Positions 1 to 11,217 of a DNA stretch of 64,000 nt are shown here, in pieces. The first letter of the stretch is position 1, and every line of letters starts with the position of its first letter. The stretch covers positions 248,001 to 312,000 of the forward strand of contig CDROCS010001143.1 in assembly GCA_977020255.1 (NCBI GenBank). The letters run 5' to 3'. The position numbers and the translations under genes are program-made. Source of the DNA: Obrimoposthia wandeli (lineage: Eukaryota). The notes beneath the pieces were generated by a model that was not told the origin of the DNA, searched no databases, and worked only from the letters and a program-made list of their open reading frames with translations.

Positions 1-1402
1 CTAGCTTTTGATTGAATTGGTAACTCGCCAGTAAACGCCAGCCATGTTCAGCAACCAAAGTTAAAGCACCTATAATATATTCGAATGTTTGCTCATCAAT
101 AAAATAGTTAAAGTTCAAGCGTGTCCAACCCGGTCTTAGCACCATAAAACCTTCGTGCAACTGCCCTTCTATTGCCAAGCTATCTGCAATTGATAAGTCC
201 AATAACTCATGCCCATAAGGTCCTGCACACGAGCAACCACCACGCGCTTGGATACCAAAAACATCATTGAGTAACGCCACTACAAAACCGTAGTGTAGTA
301 CTGAATTGTTATGTTTAATATTAAATGACAATATCGATAAACGTTTAGCGTTTGTGCCGCCTAATATTTCAAAATTATCTAATTTAGATAACTGCTGCAT
401 AGCGCGTTGAATGTAACCATGTTCCAACGACTCTATTTTTTCGGTGCCTATTTGTTGCTGTAAGTTAAAGACTAACCCTGCACGAATGGATTCAACAATG
501 CTCGGTGTTCCCCCCTCCTCGCGACGCTCAATATTATCGATAAATGTATGCGTTTCTGGCGTGACGAACATTACGGTGCCACCGCCAGGTATTGCCGGAA
601 CTGAGTTATGTAAATAGTCACCATTGACCACTAAAAGGCCTGGCGTACCTGGCCCACCAATAAATTTATGCGTCGAAATAAACACGGCATCTAGCTCATC
701 GCCTTGCATATCTATTCCAACGTAAGGAGCAGCTGCTGCATAATCCCAGCAAGACATAGCACTGTATTTATGTAGTAAAGTTGATATTTTCTTCACATCT
801 GTTTTGAGCCCTGTGACATTTGATGCTGCAGAAAAACTGCCGATTAACCGAACTCGATCTTGGTATTTTTGTAGCTGCTGCTCTAAATACACGGTATCTA
901 TCATGCCCTCGGCATTTAATGGAATTGTCACCAACGTAGCGATGCTTTCGCGCCAAGGTAACTCGTTCGAATGATGCTCATAGGGGCCAATGAAAACCAC
1001 TGGCTTATCTGCTTCTTCAATTTGAGATTCAAACTTATACTGCGCATTAAGCTCTGCGGGGATGCGCATGTTCAACATATCAATCAGTTTATTAATCGCG
1101 GCGGTTGCACCTGATCCAGCAAAGATTACTTTATGCTTTTCTCCGGTGTTTAGTGCGCTGTGAATAGCAGCTCTTGCTTGTTCTCGATACTGAGTACTTT
1201 GCTTACCCGTATAAGAAGTTTCTGAATGAGTGTTAGCATAAAAAGGCAATACATGCTGACTAATCGCTTGTTCTATAAAGGTTAATGAGCGCCCTGATGC
1301 AGTGTAATCAGCATAAACCATTGGCTTACTACCAAATACAGTATTGAACAACATGCCATCACCGATGACACTTGCGCGGATTTTCTCTATAGTTACAGTC
1401 AT
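1..1402 (-). CDS. Class V PLP-dependent aminotransferase / cysteine desulfurase-like (runs off the window edge)
   Basis: Hand-translated open frame from ATG at 1402: YADYTASG, IGPYEHHSN, STHKFIGGPG (PLP lysine), RGGCSCAGPYG; no stop before position 1. Confidence 0.85.
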   Translation of the reverse strand, partial: MTVTIEKIRASVIGDGMLFNTVFGSKPMVYADYTASGRSLTFIEQAISQHVLPFYANTHSETSYTGKQSTQYREQARAAIHSALNTGEKHKVIFAGSGATAAINKLIDMLNMRIPAELNAQYKFESQIEEADKPVVFIGPYEHHSNELPWRESIATLVTIPLNAEGMIDTVYLEQQLQKYQDRVRLIGSFSAASNVTGLKTDVKKISTLLHKYSAMSCWDYAAAAPYVGIDMQGDELDAVFISTHKFIGGPGTPGLLVVNGDYLHNSVPAIPGGGTVMFVTPETHTFIDNIERREEGGTPSIVESIRAGLVFNLQQQIGTEKIESLEHGYIQRAMQQLSKLDNFEILGGTNAKRLSILSFNIKHNNSVLHYGFVVALLNDVFGIQARGGCSCAGPYGHELLDLSIADSLAIEGQLHEGFMVLRPGWTRLNFNYFIDEQTFEYIIGALTLVAEHGWRLLASYQFNQKL

Positions 1403-1577
1403 GCTGCTCTCCTAAATCATCTTGTTTATATACACCTAGTATAGCTTGTTAATACAGAAACATTATTTTAAATAAGCAACTCAAAAAAGAAAATTACAGA
1501 ACAATGTTTCTTTTTTTTATACTATAATGAAACATTAATGCTTATTTTATCATTTAATATAAACGAGACTGTAAATC

Positions 1578-2036
1578 ATGGACAAAGTAGACATTGCCAT
1601 TTTAGATTCAATGCAACATGACGACACGCTCTCTGTTGCTCAAGTTGCTGATAAAGTGAATATCTCTAAAACCGCATGCTGGCGCAGAATACAAAAGCTG
1701 ATGTCGAACAATGTAATCAATTCTCGGGTCGCGCTGTTAACACCTGCTGCAGTCAATCTACCACTTTCGGTCTTTATTTCTGTGCGAACCAACAAACATA
1801 ACGATGAATGGGTACAGCAGTTTAGAGAAGTGATAGGGCAGTTACCGCAAATTTTAGAAGTATATCGTATGAGTGGTGATTTAGATTATCTGCTCAAAGC
1901 CGTGGTGACTGACATGCCAGATTACGATAAATTATATCGACAATTAATAAAGGCTGATATCTTTGATGTAAGCTCCAGTTTTGTAATGGAAGAACTTAAA
2001 TATCAAACTCAGCTACCACTAGATCACATCTTGTGA
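1578..2036 (+). CDS. Lrp/AsnC family regulator, divergent from the aminotransferase
   Basis: N-terminal HTH (VNISKTACWRRIQKL) and RAM domain (YRMSGDLDYLLK). Confidence 0.9.
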   Translation: MDKVDIAILDSMQHDDTLSVAQVADKVNISKTACWRRIQKLMSNNVINSRVALLTPAAVNLPLSVFISVRTNKHNDEWVQQFREVIGQLPQILEVYRMSGDLDYLLKAVVTDMPDYDKLYRQLIKADIFDVSSSFVMEELKYQTQLPLDHIL

Positions 2037-2048
2037 AGAGATACAAAA

Positions 2049-2076
2049 AAGGCTTTTATCAACAGATAAAAGCCTT
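2049..2076. terminator. Hairpin terminator between convergent genes
   Basis: AAGGCTTTTATC-aaca-GATAAAAGCCTT perfect 12-bp stem with an upstream A tract. Confidence 0.7.
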
Positions 2077-2111
2077 CACATAAATTTATATTTCAAACCC
2101 GAGTTTGTAGT

Positions 2112-2942
2112 TTATTCCAACTTCCTTAGTGCATAAATATCGTAACGACTCGATTTCCCTTCTAGGGCATAACTAGGCTTAAGCGTTGAATTAGGTATTG
2201 CTATCACAGGTGCTTTACGCGGCCTTTTCACTACCACTCTAGCGGTCGCTGTTGCTAAAGCAGTGTTTAACAGCTCCCCTGAATCGGTGTCATTACCCAC
2301 TATGTCGCGAAACATCAGCATTTCTTTTTTCACACTAGCGCTCTTCGCACTATGCGGGTACATAGGATCAACATATACCACTTGCGGGCGATCAGTGCAG
2401 TTTTGCATATACTCAATGCTATCGCTATGAACGAGATGCATGCGCTGCACGATATCCATAATTTCAAAATTGATTTCAGCGCGCTTTAAGCCATCTAACA
2501 ACAGCTGATGTATAATAGGAGAACGCTCTAGCATCGTTACTTCACAACCTAGCGTCGCCAGTACAAAAGCATCTTTACCTAGCCCTGCTGTTACATCTAA
2601 GATGGTAGGTCTGACACCGCTTTTAATTCCTACCGCCTTGGCTATCATCTGCCCTGCTCCACCGCCAAACTTTCTGCGATGAGCCACGCCCCCTGTCACA
2701 AAATCAACCCACACAGGCCCCGGTGCTTTTTTACCGCACAGCTGCAGTTGCAATCCATGATAAGAGAGATATAAAAGCGCTTCAAAATTACATTTTTTAG
2801 GATCGCTAATCACTTTGCCGTAAGCTAAATTAAGTGTTTGGGCTAATTGCTGTGCCTGTGTTTGCAAGCCGCCTTGTGCTGCCGCGACAACCACTTCAAT
2901 GGTATTTTCTTCTTTGTTCACTTCATCCATTGTATTTTCCAC
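2112..2942 (-). CDS. rsmJ: 16S rRNA m2G1516 methyltransferase RsmJ
   Basis: [47 protein letters not shown]; GTG start at 2942 chosen from the AAGGAGG RBS (ORF extends to 2999). Confidence 0.85.
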   Translation of the reverse strand: MENTMDEVNKEENTIEVVVAAAQGGLQTQAQQLAQTLNLAYGKVISDPKKCNFEALLYLSYHGLQLQLCGKKAPGPVWVDFVTGGVAHRRKFGGGAGQMIAKAVGIKSGVRPTILDVTAGLGKDAFVLATLGCEVTMLERSPIIHQLLLDGLKRAEINFEIMDIVQRMHLVHSDSIEYMQNCTDRPQVVYVDPMYPHSAKSASVKKEMLMFRDIVGNDTDSGELLNTALATATARVVVKRPRKAPVIAIPNSTLKPSYALEGKSSRYDIYALRKLE

Positions 2943-3001
2943 TTCTATGGACTCCTCCTTACAAGCTTGGTTTCTCTCTTTGCTTCTTGTGCTATTCAAT
3001 A

Positions 3002-3808
3002 CTAATTACCGCCCACAAAATAAACACCTAGTAAACCAATACCTAAAATAAAGCGATAGATAACAAAGGGTAACATACCCACTTTTTCCAACCAGATTAA
3101 AAACAAGTGAATACAGGTAATCGCCACTAAAGCAGAAATAACGATGCCACTTAGTACCATATCCCAAGGAACCGCCATTTTTGAGCTAATCAGCTCTAAG
3201 CCTTTAAAAGACCCAGCGGACACAATAATAGGAATAGATAAAAAGAAAGAAAAACGCGCAGCCGCCTCTCGACTAAAGCCTAGCATTAGCGCCGCTGTCA
3301 TGGTGATACCCGATCGAGATGTGCCCGGTATTAAAGCGACAGCTTGAGAGAAGCCGATAATTAAACTATCTTTTAAAGTCAGTTCTGCTATCTTTTTGTG
3401 CTCATTTTCACGACTATCTGCAAACCACAGCAAGGCGCCGAAAATAAGTGTGGCTCCGGCAATAACTAACACTGAACGACCATATTGATCGATAACATCG
3501 TTGAGTAGAAAACCAACGGCTAACGCTGGAATTGTCGCCCAAATAATAAACCAAGCAGTACGTCCATCAATGGACTTCTTCCCCATCAAGCTCTGGAAAA
3601 ATGCCATCAGCATGGCATTCACATCTTTACGAAAATACAGCAACACTGCTGCCAGCGTACCCACATGCACACCTACATCAAACGCTAAGCCTTGATCAGG
3701 CCAGCCGAGTAGCTGAGATGGGAGTATTAAGTGCGCCGAGCTCGATACCGGCAAAAATTCCGTTAGGCCTTGTATAGTAGCCAAAACAAAGACATGCATC
3801 CATTCCAT
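3002..3808 (-). CDS. uppP: Undecaprenyl-diphosphate phosphatase
   Basis: [14 protein letters not shown] and PGTSRSG motifs, polytopic membrane protein. Confidence 0.95.
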   Translation of the reverse strand: MEWMHVFVLATIQGLTEFLPVSSSAHLILPSQLLGWPDQGLAFDVGVHVGTLAAVLLYFRKDVNAMLMAFFQSLMGKKSIDGRTAWFIIWATIPALAVGFLLNDVIDQYGRSVLVIAGATLIFGALLWFADSRENEHKKIAELTLKDSLIIGFSQAVALIPGTSRSGITMTAALMLGFSREAAARFSFFLSIPIIVSAGSFKGLELISSKMAVPWDMVLSGIVISALVAITCIHLFLIWLEKVGMLPFVIYRFILGIGLLGVYFVGGN

Positions 3809-4501
3809 CTATTGTTGATCCTTTTTTTTCCAAGTAACTTGATTACGTAAATAGACTGGCTGCGCTTCCTCTGCGCTCACCGTATTACCCAACGCATATT
3901 GTTGACTAGCGATAGCCAATATGTCCAGAGCGTGTGGGTGCTCATCTTCAATAACACTAGTTAAAGAAGATAGCAGCTGCTCAGGCATTTGCTCGCGGTA
4001 GTTAAAACCACTGCCAACACCTATGTAAGTCTGATCAAAATCAAATATCAAGTCGCTAGGTGCACAAACAGCTTCTGCAACGCTTAGCGTGGCTACTCCC
4101 GCTTCTATTGTATAAACACCCCAATACACCTCATTCATGCGCGCATCAAAGGCCGTGACTATTTGGCTATCAGTATCTGCTGTGTTTCGATAATATCCTT
4201 GAGCTAACGCCGCCAGCGACGATACCGGTACCACGGGCAAGTCAGCTGCAAAAGCTAGCCCTTGCGCCACTCCTGTTGCAATACGAATACCAGCGAAAGA
4301 GCCTGGACCACGCCCAAAAGCAATGGCATCTAAATCCTGCACTTTCAATTGGGCCTCTGCTAAAATCTGCTCCACCATTGGCAGTAATTCATGAGTGTGT
4401 CTTCTTGGAATTACCCTAAAAATCTCGCTGCGCTCACCTGCGACTTCTAGTGCCACTGAACAAGCATCTGTCGAGGTATCTAAGGCCAGTATGTTAGCCA
4501 T
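3809..4501 (-). CDS. tsaB: tRNA t6A biosynthesis protein TsaB
   Basis: [34 protein letters not shown]; start set at MANIL. Confidence 0.95.
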   Translation of the reverse strand: MANILALDTSTDACSVALEVAGERSEIFRVIPRRHTHELLPMVEQILAEAQLKVQDLDAIAFGRGPGSFAGIRIATGVAQGLAFAADLPVVPVSSLAALAQGYYRNTADTDSQIVTAFDARMNEVYWGVYTIEAGVATLSVAEAVCAPSDLIFDFDQTYIGVGSGFNYREQMPEQLLSSLTSVIEDEHPHALDILAIASQQYALGNTVSAEEAQPVYLRNQVTWKKKDQQ

Positions 4502-5144
4502 TGTCTTGGTTACCTTCTTGTGTGTGTAATAATTTACTGCCCCAACTCGGCAATAGTGATTGCTCAAAACCTAATTGCGATAAAATACGCGCCACCACAA
4601 AATCAATCAAATCCGCAATACTACTCGGCTGGTGATAAAAACCAGGACTGGCAGGTAATATGATGGCGCCCATACGAGTTAGCTTGAGCATGTTTTCTAA
4701 ATGTATTTCAGAATAAGGTGCTTCACGTGGTACTAATATTAACTGCTTACGCTCTTTGAGCACGACATCTGCTGCGCGCTCAATTAAATTATTGCTCGCC
4801 CCTGTTGCTATCGCCGATAGACAACCAGTACTACAAGGACAAACCACCATTGCGCTCGGCGCACCAGACCCTGAGGCGACAGGTGCCATCCATTGCTCTT
4901 TGCCAAATACTTTAATCTGATTCTGGCGGGCATTAAAAAGTTCTGTAAAATACACTTGCTGGGCGCTTGCACTACCAGTCATTTGCAAATTCGTTTCAGT
5001 AGCAGCCACCACTTGGGCAGCTTTTGAAATCATCAGCAATACCTGTACATCCTGCTTTACCAATACTTCTAGCAAACGTATCGCGTACTGCAACCCAGAT
5101 GCTCCGGTAATTGCTAGCGTCACACGCTGTTTAAACACACTCAT
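4494..5144 (-). CDS. ubiX: Flavin prenyltransferase UbiX
   Basis: [44 protein letters not shown]. Confidence 0.93.
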   Translation of the reverse strand: MSVFKQRVTLAITGASGLQYAIRLLEVLVKQDVQVLLMISKAAQVVAATETNLQMTGSASAQQVYFTELFNARQNQIKVFGKEQWMAPVASGSGAPSAMVVCPCSTGCLSAIATGASNNLIERAADVVLKERKQLILVPREAPYSEIHLENMLKLTRMGAIILPASPGFYHQPSSIADLIDFVVARILSQLGFEQSLLPSWGSKLLHTQEGNQDNG

Positions 5145-6621
5145 GCTGTTGAATCTCCACACTTACCCTACGTTTTTTTAAACGCTGTAACAGCTGCTGA
5201 TGCACACCGCCAAAAGCACCATTACTCATAACAACTACATGCGTTTCTTTTTCATCATCTATCACCGCGAGAACAGCATCAACGACCGTTGCTATGTTAT
5301 TCACAATTTGCATTTTTTGTTGCTGTGTAAATGAAACCTGCATCTGTGGTTGCTGTATATACATATCCTGCAATTTTGGTTGTTCAGTAAACAAACTTTC
5401 TAATTGCCAATCCAACCCTTGCGGCTGATACCAAATGCTCTGATCTGCAGTGTCTACACTCTTACATAAATTTTGAGCATGACACCCTAAACGCATCGTA
5501 TTAGATCTAGGTTCTATCACTGCGATAATTTGGGCATCACCGACGTTTTTTCGCAACCCCTCTAAAGTAGTAGTGATCGCCGTTGGATGATGCGCAAAAT
5601 CATCATAAACGCTCACTCTATCGATAGTATCAAGCAGCTCCATGCGTCTTTTAACACCCCTAAATTCCTGCAATGCATCAATAGCATGCTTTGGCTCAAC
5701 ACCAACGTGGCGCGCCGCTAACACAGCCATCGTCGCGTTATACACATTATGCCTGCCTGTCAGTGTCCAATTGATTTCTCCTAATTTTTTCGAGTCTAAG
5801 TAAAGAGCAAAGTGCGAGCCATCTTCACTGAGCAACTCAAATTGACACTGTTGATCTGCTTGATGATGTGGGTTTGGCTCAGCTAAACCTTCTTCAAGCA
5901 CGCTCACTGTTTCACTCCAGCAACCCATATCCAAGGTCTGTTGCACCGTTTTTTGCTCTGCATTGAAAATGACTTGACCCGTACTTGGAATAATTCTGAC
6001 CAAATGATGGAACTGTCGCTGAATCGCTTTAATATCATCAAAAATATCAGCGTGATCAAACTCAATATTGTTAATCACGACGGTATTAGGTGCGTAGTGA
6101 ACAAATTTTGAACGCTTATCAAAAAAAGCCGTGTCGTACTCATCAGCTTCTATCACAAAAAAATCTGACTCGCCCATTCTGGCAGAAGTTGGAAAGTTGT
6201 TCGGCACTCCGCCGATCAAATAACCCGGTGCTAATTTTGCATACTCTAAAATCCAAGTGAGCATTGATGCAGTTGTTGTCTTACCGTGTGTACCAGCAAT
6301 AGCCAACACCCACTTATCTTTTAAGACGTTTTCCTTTAACCACTGAGCACCTGATATATAAGGCAAATTGTTATCCAATACATACTCAACAGCTTCATTT
6401 CCACGGCTCAGAGCATTACCCACTACGACTAAATCCGGTGCGGGTTGCAAATGCTCAGCTTTATAGCCTTGCATCAGTTCAATCCCCTGCTCTTGTAATT
6501 GTGTACTCATAGGTGGATAAACATTCGCATCGCAACCTGTCACCTTATGACCAAGCTCTCTAGCGAGTATCGCCATTGAACCCATAAATGTACCGCAAAT
6601 ACCGAGAATATGAATGTGCAC
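5131..6621 (-). CDS. mpl: Murein peptide ligase Mpl
   Basis: [55 protein letters not shown]. Confidence 0.95.
   Translation of the reverse strand: MHIHILGICGTFMGSMAILARELGHKVTGCDANVYPPMSTQLQEQGIELMQGYKAEHLQPAPDLVVVGNALSRGNEAVEYVLDNNLPYISGAQWLKENVLKDKWVLAIAGTHGKTTTASMLTWILEYAKLAPGYLIGGVPNNFPTSARMGESDFFVIEADEYDTAFFDKRSKFVHYAPNTVVINNIEFDHADIFDDIKAIQRQFHHLVRIIPSTGQVIFNAEQKTVQQTLDMGCWSETVSVLEEGLAEPNPHHQADQQCQFELLSEDGSHFALYLDSKKLGEINWTLTGRHNVYNATMAVLAARHVGVEPKHAIDALQEFRGVKRRMELLDTIDRVSVYDDFAHHPTAITTTLEGLRKNVGDAQIIAVIEPRSNTMRLGCHAQNLCKSVDTADQSIWYQPQGLDWQLESLFTEQPKLQDMYIQQPQMQVSFTQQQKMQIVNNIATVVDAVLAVIDDEKETHVVVMSNGAFGGVHQQLLQRLKKRRVSVEIQQHECV
5309..5398. repeat. Three imperfect 30-bp tandem repeats inside mpl
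   Basis: Units start at 5309, 5339 and 5369; they encode [30 protein letters not shown]. Confidence 0.7.
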
Positions 6622-6939
6622 TACTACTTACCCTTCTAATTATGATGAATTGTATGCTTGCCCAATTACTGATTATCAATCCGCTAGCAATTCGCATAAA
6701 TAGCGAGAAAGACTCGACTTAATTATGCGCTTTAACAGCGGTTTAGGCCTTTGGTCTAATAACCAGCCAAAAAGAAAAGCGCTATGATACAACAAAACGA
6801 CAAAGTGAATCGCTAACAGCGAATTTAATTACTAAAAAAAGCCAATTTTTTCTGAATTTTTTAACTTGAATTGTGATTTTTAGAGAAGATTGACGTAAAA
6901 TGCCGCTCTGAATTATTCAAACTCAAAGGTATATTTACC

Positions 6940-7926
6940 ATGCAACTGCTAAGCCAGTTTTTGCGCCGCGAACAACTAGACGAAGAACTAACCGATCTGA
7001 TAGCCACTTTGATGGTTGCCTGTAAAGAAATCACCCTGAAACTTCGCCAAGGCGCTATTTCAGGTGTTTTAGGCACAACCTCAGATACTAATGTACAAGG
7101 TGAAACGCAAAAAAAACTTGATGTCATTTCCAATGAAATATTAAAGAAATATTTACAAGGACATATGACCGTTGCAGGTTTAGCCTCTGAAGAAGAAAGC
7201 CAGCCAGTACTCGCTAATCCAAACGGTAAGTATCTAGTGGTTTTTGATCCTTTAGACGGATCATCCAACATCGATATCAATGTCACTGTTGGTACTATCT
7301 TCTCAATTTTAGAAGCGCACCCAGCTGAAGGCTACCATGACGAAGCGCCCTACCTGCAAAATGGTAGAAAGCAACTAGCTGCTGGTTATGTTTTATATGG
7401 CCCATCTGCGTTGTTAGTATTAACAACCGGTAATGGTGTGAATATGTTTACGCTTTCTGATACGGGTGATTTTTTACTGACCCGCGAGAAAGTAATGATT
7501 CCTGAGGAAACTCAAGAGTTTGCGATTAACATGTCAAACTATCGCCATTGGGAACCTGCCATGCGCTCCTATATTGATGACCTTTTAGAAGGCATGGATG
7601 GAGTACGCAGCAAGAACTTCAACATGCGCTGGGTCGCTGCGATGGTGGCTGAAATACACCGCATACTAACCCGTGGCGGTATCTTTATTTATCCTTGGGA
7701 TACTAGAGTTCCGCAAAAGCCTGGCAAGTTACGTTTGATGTACGAGGGAAACCCAATGAGTATGTTAATCGAACAAGCTGGCGGTTTAGCCACAAATTGC
7801 TACACCGATATAATGGATGTAGAGCCTAAAGACATTCACGAGCGCGTATCGGTAGCACTTGGCTCTAAGAAAGAAGTAGAAGTGCTGATGGATTACCACC
7901 AGCGTGTTGATAGCATCATCAAATAA
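6940..7926 (+). CDS. fbp: Fructose-1,6-bisphosphatase class 1
   Basis: GETQKKLDV, FDPLDGSSNIDINVTVGTIFSI, GKLRLMYE. Confidence 0.97.
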   Translation: MQLLSQFLRREQLDEELTDLIATLMVACKEITLKLRQGAISGVLGTTSDTNVQGETQKKLDVISNEILKKYLQGHMTVAGLASEEESQPVLANPNGKYLVVFDPLDGSSNIDINVTVGTIFSILEAHPAEGYHDEAPYLQNGRKQLAAGYVLYGPSALLVLTTGNGVNMFTLSDTGDFLLTREKVMIPEETQEFAINMSNYRHWEPAMRSYIDDLLEGMDGVRSKNFNMRWVAAMVAEIHRILTRGGIFIYPWDTRVPQKPGKLRLMYEGNPMSMLIEQAGGLATNCYTDIMDVEPKDIHERVSVALGSKKEVEVLMDYHQRVDSIIK

Positions 7927-8059
7927 GCGCTCGAAATAAAATAAATGCTTTGTGACCGTAATAGTACAAAGCGCTTGTTTTAAGACGTTTGTTTAAAACA
8001 ATTTCACTTAGCTTTGATTCGCTTCAAGCTTTAAAAAATTACAGAATAGGACTAAAAAC

Positions 8060-8593
8060 ATGAGTTTTGCAAAAATTTCTGCAGGTAAAGATCTACCAAA
8101 TGACATCAATGTAATTATTGAGATTCCTGCTGAGAGCTCTCCGGTTAAATATGAAATTGAAAAAGACCAAGATGCAATCTTTGTCGATCGTTTCATGGCA
8201 GCGCCTATGTTCTACCCGGCAAACTATGGTTACATCAACAACACTCTTGCTGATGATGGCGACGCATTAGACGTATTAGTTATTACGCCTTACCCAGTTA
8301 TCCCAGGTTCTGTTATCCGCGCTCGTCCTGTTGGCATTTTAAACATGACAGATGAAGCTGGCGAAGACGCTAAGCTAATTGCAGTACCACATGAAAAGCT
8401 AAGCAAAGCTTATGGCCACATTCAAGACATCGAAGATATCCCAGCTCTTGATTTAGCGCGCATCAAACACTTCTTTGAAAACTACAAAGGTCTTGAAGAA
8501 GGTAAGTGGGTTAAAGTTGAAGAATGGGGCAACGCGGCAGAAGCTAAAGCGGCAATCCAAGCTTCTGTTATCGCTTACGAAAACAGCCTATAA
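8060..8593 (+). CDS. ppa: Inorganic pyrophosphatase
   Basis: [34 protein letters not shown]. Confidence 0.97.
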   Translation: MSFAKISAGKDLPNDINVIIEIPAESSPVKYEIEKDQDAIFVDRFMAAPMFYPANYGYINNTLADDGDALDVLVITPYPVIPGSVIRARPVGILNMTDEAGEDAKLIAVPHEKLSKAYGHIQDIEDIPALDLARIKHFFENYKGLEEGKWVKVEEWGNAAEAKAAIQASVIAYENSL

Positions 8594-8618
8594 CACTACC
8601 TTTATAGCTGTTGTTGCT

Positions 8619-8650
8619 AAAAAAGCTCTTATTGATTAAGAGCTTTTTTA
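8619..8650. terminator. Bidirectional intrinsic terminator
   Basis: AAAAAAGCTCTTA-ttgat-TAAGAGCTTTTTT. Confidence 0.8.
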
Positions 8651-8685
8651 TTTACAAGCCAAACATTCATTGCAGATAACAATAT

Positions 8686-9702
8686 TCACCTTTCAGTATC
8701 AACTGACAACAGTTTGACACTCGATGGAAGTACATCATTATACTGCTGCCAAATCCGCCTAAATTGGCGCACATCATTAAACCCCACCTTCCAAGCGACC
8801 TGCTCAACACTTAAGTTTTTTTCATGTAATAACTGTTTTGCTAAGCTCATTCTCAAGCCCTGCAAATAACTTTTGCAGCTTATCTTAGTATGCGCTTTAA
8901 ACAGCCTCGCTAAATGACGCGGGCTGCAATGTATAATTAGCGCCAACTCGGCCATCGTCCAATCTCTACTTGGATTGCTCTGTAATGTATCTTGAATTAA
9001 ATGCACACCTTGGTGTAAATGATTGCGATGTGTTAACCAAGGTGATTGCGCTTTATCATTAATAGTACGCCGTGAAAAAAGCACCAAGCTTTTAGCTATA
9101 TTAGCCGCACATGCAATACCACTTACTTGCTCAACAATATGCAGCGCTAAATCAATGCCTGCGGTAACACCGGCACTGGTGTATAAATTACCATCTTGCA
9201 CGAATAATCTATTACTCAATACTTTTGCACTAGGCACTAATTGTTGTAATTCATCCAAATGCGCATGATGGGTGGTGCATTGTTTATGGTGTAATAATTT
9301 AGAATAGCCGAGTAACAATGTTCCAGCACACACGCTAATGACTTTGTTAAATTGCTGCTGATGGTGATCTATCCATTTAATTGTTTGCTGTATAGGAAGC
9401 TGGATATGATCAACGCTCTGCCCTTCTAAGCCCGGTAGTAATAACCAGTTACAGCCTTGCTCTTTAGGTAATTCTTCAGGTAATGGCGAAACTTGTAGCT
9501 TAAGCCCTATCTTTGAAACAATTTCTGGCACTGGACCAATAAAATGCATTCTATACTGAGGCCCACTAGAGCGATTGGCGAAGTTAAAAACTTCGACTGG
9601 ACCTGCCATATCCAATAACAGCAAATCAGGTAATAACAGTACGTATACGTTTATTACCTCTGCCGTTACGTCTAAGCGATCTGAATGCTCGCTTTTCATC
9701 AT
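8686..9702 (-). CDS. GlxA/FtrA-like AraC regulator with DJ-1/PfpI domain
   Basis: SVCAG, TTHH, YTSAGVTAGIDLAL, C-terminal AraC HTH (VGFNDVRQFRR). Confidence 0.9.
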   Translation of the reverse strand: MMKSEHSDRLDVTAEVINVYVLLLPDLLLLDMAGPVEVFNFANRSSGPQYRMHFIGPVPEIVSKIGLKLQVSPLPEELPKEQGCNWLLLPGLEGQSVDHIQLPIQQTIKWIDHHQQQFNKVISVCAGTLLLGYSKLLHHKQCTTHHAHLDELQQLVPSAKVLSNRLFVQDGNLYTSAGVTAGIDLALHIVEQVSGIACAANIAKSLVLFSRRTINDKAQSPWLTHRNHLHQGVHLIQDTLQSNPSRDWTMAELALIIHCSPRHLARLFKAHTKISCKSYLQGLRMSLAKQLLHEKNLSVEQVAWKVGFNDVRQFRRIWQQYNDVLPSSVKLLSVDTER

Positions 9703-9714
9703 CCTGTGCTCACG

Positions 9715-10617
9715 TTATTTTTTAAACAAAGCTTTTTTCAATACTTTATCTAAGCGCATATTAATCACTAAACCCAGCATCACTACACAAATACCAATAA
9801 TCTGGATGCTAGCTAACTGCTCATCTAGGATAATAGATGCACTAGCTAAACCTACCACTGGCACCCCTAAAGTAAGCGGAGCTACTTGCCCAGCGGGGTA
9901 GCGGCTTAATAAATAACTCCATAAACTATAACCCACCAGCGTTGCCACTAAGGCTAAATATAAAAGCGAGGCTATCGAGGTGATACTTATATTTAGTAAC
10001 GCTGTTTTAATCAGCTCTGGGCCCTCTATTAAATACGCACTAATAAAGAAAGGCACACAAGAAATTACCGCTGACCACACCACTAGATTCACATCTGCTT
10101 TATAACCTTTTTGCGAAATGGTTCTTGTCACCAAATTACCAAACGCCCAACAACTTGCTGCCACTAAGGTTAATGTAAAGCCTATCGCTGTCATAGTGCT
10201 ATTGATACCATCTGCACTATTTACACCAATTATCGCCAAACCAGATCCCGCAACGATAATAGCCATCACTTGAGTAGCATTTATCTGCTCTTTTAAAATT
10301 AAAAAAGCAAACACCAAAGTAAACAATGCTTGAGACTGCAAAATCAAAGATGCCAAACCTGCTGGCATCCCGACCGACATTGCAAAAAACAGAAATGCAA
10401 ATTGCGCAAAACTGAGTGTTAACGCATAAGCGACAATCCAGCCGATAGGCATTTTGGGCCAACTAACAAACCAGCAGCCAATAACGGCCACTAATAAAAA
10501 ACGTAATCCTCCCATCAACAAAGGTGGCATTCCATCTAAACCCATTGCTATCACTACAAAATTCACACCCCACACCAAAATGATGATCAATGCCAATAGG
10601 GAATCTCTTAATGTCAT
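9715..10617 (-). CDS. EamA family exporter
   Basis: IILVWGVNFVVI, GMPAGLASLILQSQALFT, about ten TM segments. Confidence 0.9.
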   Translation of the reverse strand: MTLRDSLLALIIILVWGVNFVVIAMGLDGMPPLLMGGLRFLLVAVIGCWFVSWPKMPIGWIVAYALTLSFAQFAFLFFAMSVGMPAGLASLILQSQALFTLVFAFLILKEQINATQVMAIIVAGSGLAIIGVNSADGINSTMTAIGFTLTLVAASCWAFGNLVTRTISQKGYKADVNLVVWSAVISCVPFFISAYLIEGPELIKTALLNISITSIASLLYLALVATLVGYSLWSYLLSRYPAGQVAPLTLGVPVVGLASASIILDEQLASIQIIGICVVMLGLVINMRLDKVLKKALFKK

Positions 10618-10637
10618 TCTTTCTCTCTCAACTATTA

Positions 10638-10934
10638 TTAATTAAGCAGCCGAATTTTTGCAACTAGCGCTTTATGAGACGCTAAGTCCACCGGGCGATG
10701 TAAAGACTGTGATGCTGCAGGAAATGCAGCTAAACAGATGTTATTTTTTAGATTAGTAGCTGGCCTGATGGGTCGAGGTTGAAAATCACCACCGCAGTTA
10801 GGACAGATTGTATCTAAAACATTTTCCACGCAATCTGCACAAAAAGTACATTCAAAAGAACAGATTCTAGCGTTCTTTGCATCAGCAGGCAAATGAGTAT
10901 TGCAATGCTCACAGCAGCTTCTTAGCTCTAACAT
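10638..10934 (-). CDS. DUF1272 family Cys-rich protein
   Basis: MLELR..CEHC, ICSFECTFC, CPNCGG...RPIRP. Confidence 0.85.
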   Translation of the reverse strand: MLELRSCCEHCNTHLPADAKNARICSFECTFCADCVENVLDTICPNCGGDFQPRPIRPATNLKNNICLAAFPAASQSLHRPVDLASHKALVAKIRLLN

Positions 10935-11217
10935 AGCTTAACCTCCAAGATTAATTTCAATACATTTTAATATAGTTCAAACCATAAATTAATGGCGGCT
11001 AGTGCCTAATTGTAGGGTAATAAAGGACAGTAAGATAGAGTTGAGATAAACTCTCAACAAAAGCCTGTTAATCTATATGCGAAAGTAGACTGACGGTAAA
11101 AAAGATAACTATTTTATTTACCATAGTAGAGAATATTTTCGATTTAAACCGCGCCGTAACTAAAAAAGCGCGATTTATAATTTTGCATATAGCAATAATA
11201 AGCCTTAATACTAAATG

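Noticed and set aside
768-956. 62-aa ORF in the track
   Set aside because: Out-of-frame shadow inside the aminotransferase gene, which the track missed because it has no stop in the window.
1-2036. Class V aminotransferase with divergent Lrp as a novel system
   Set aside because: A common amino-acid catabolism arrangement with nothing unusual visible.
6861-7286. Antisense ORFs (this one and, for example, 9575-9901, 25288-25836, 30747-31154, 60858-61355)
   Set aside because: They lie opposite well-supported genes and show no motifs.
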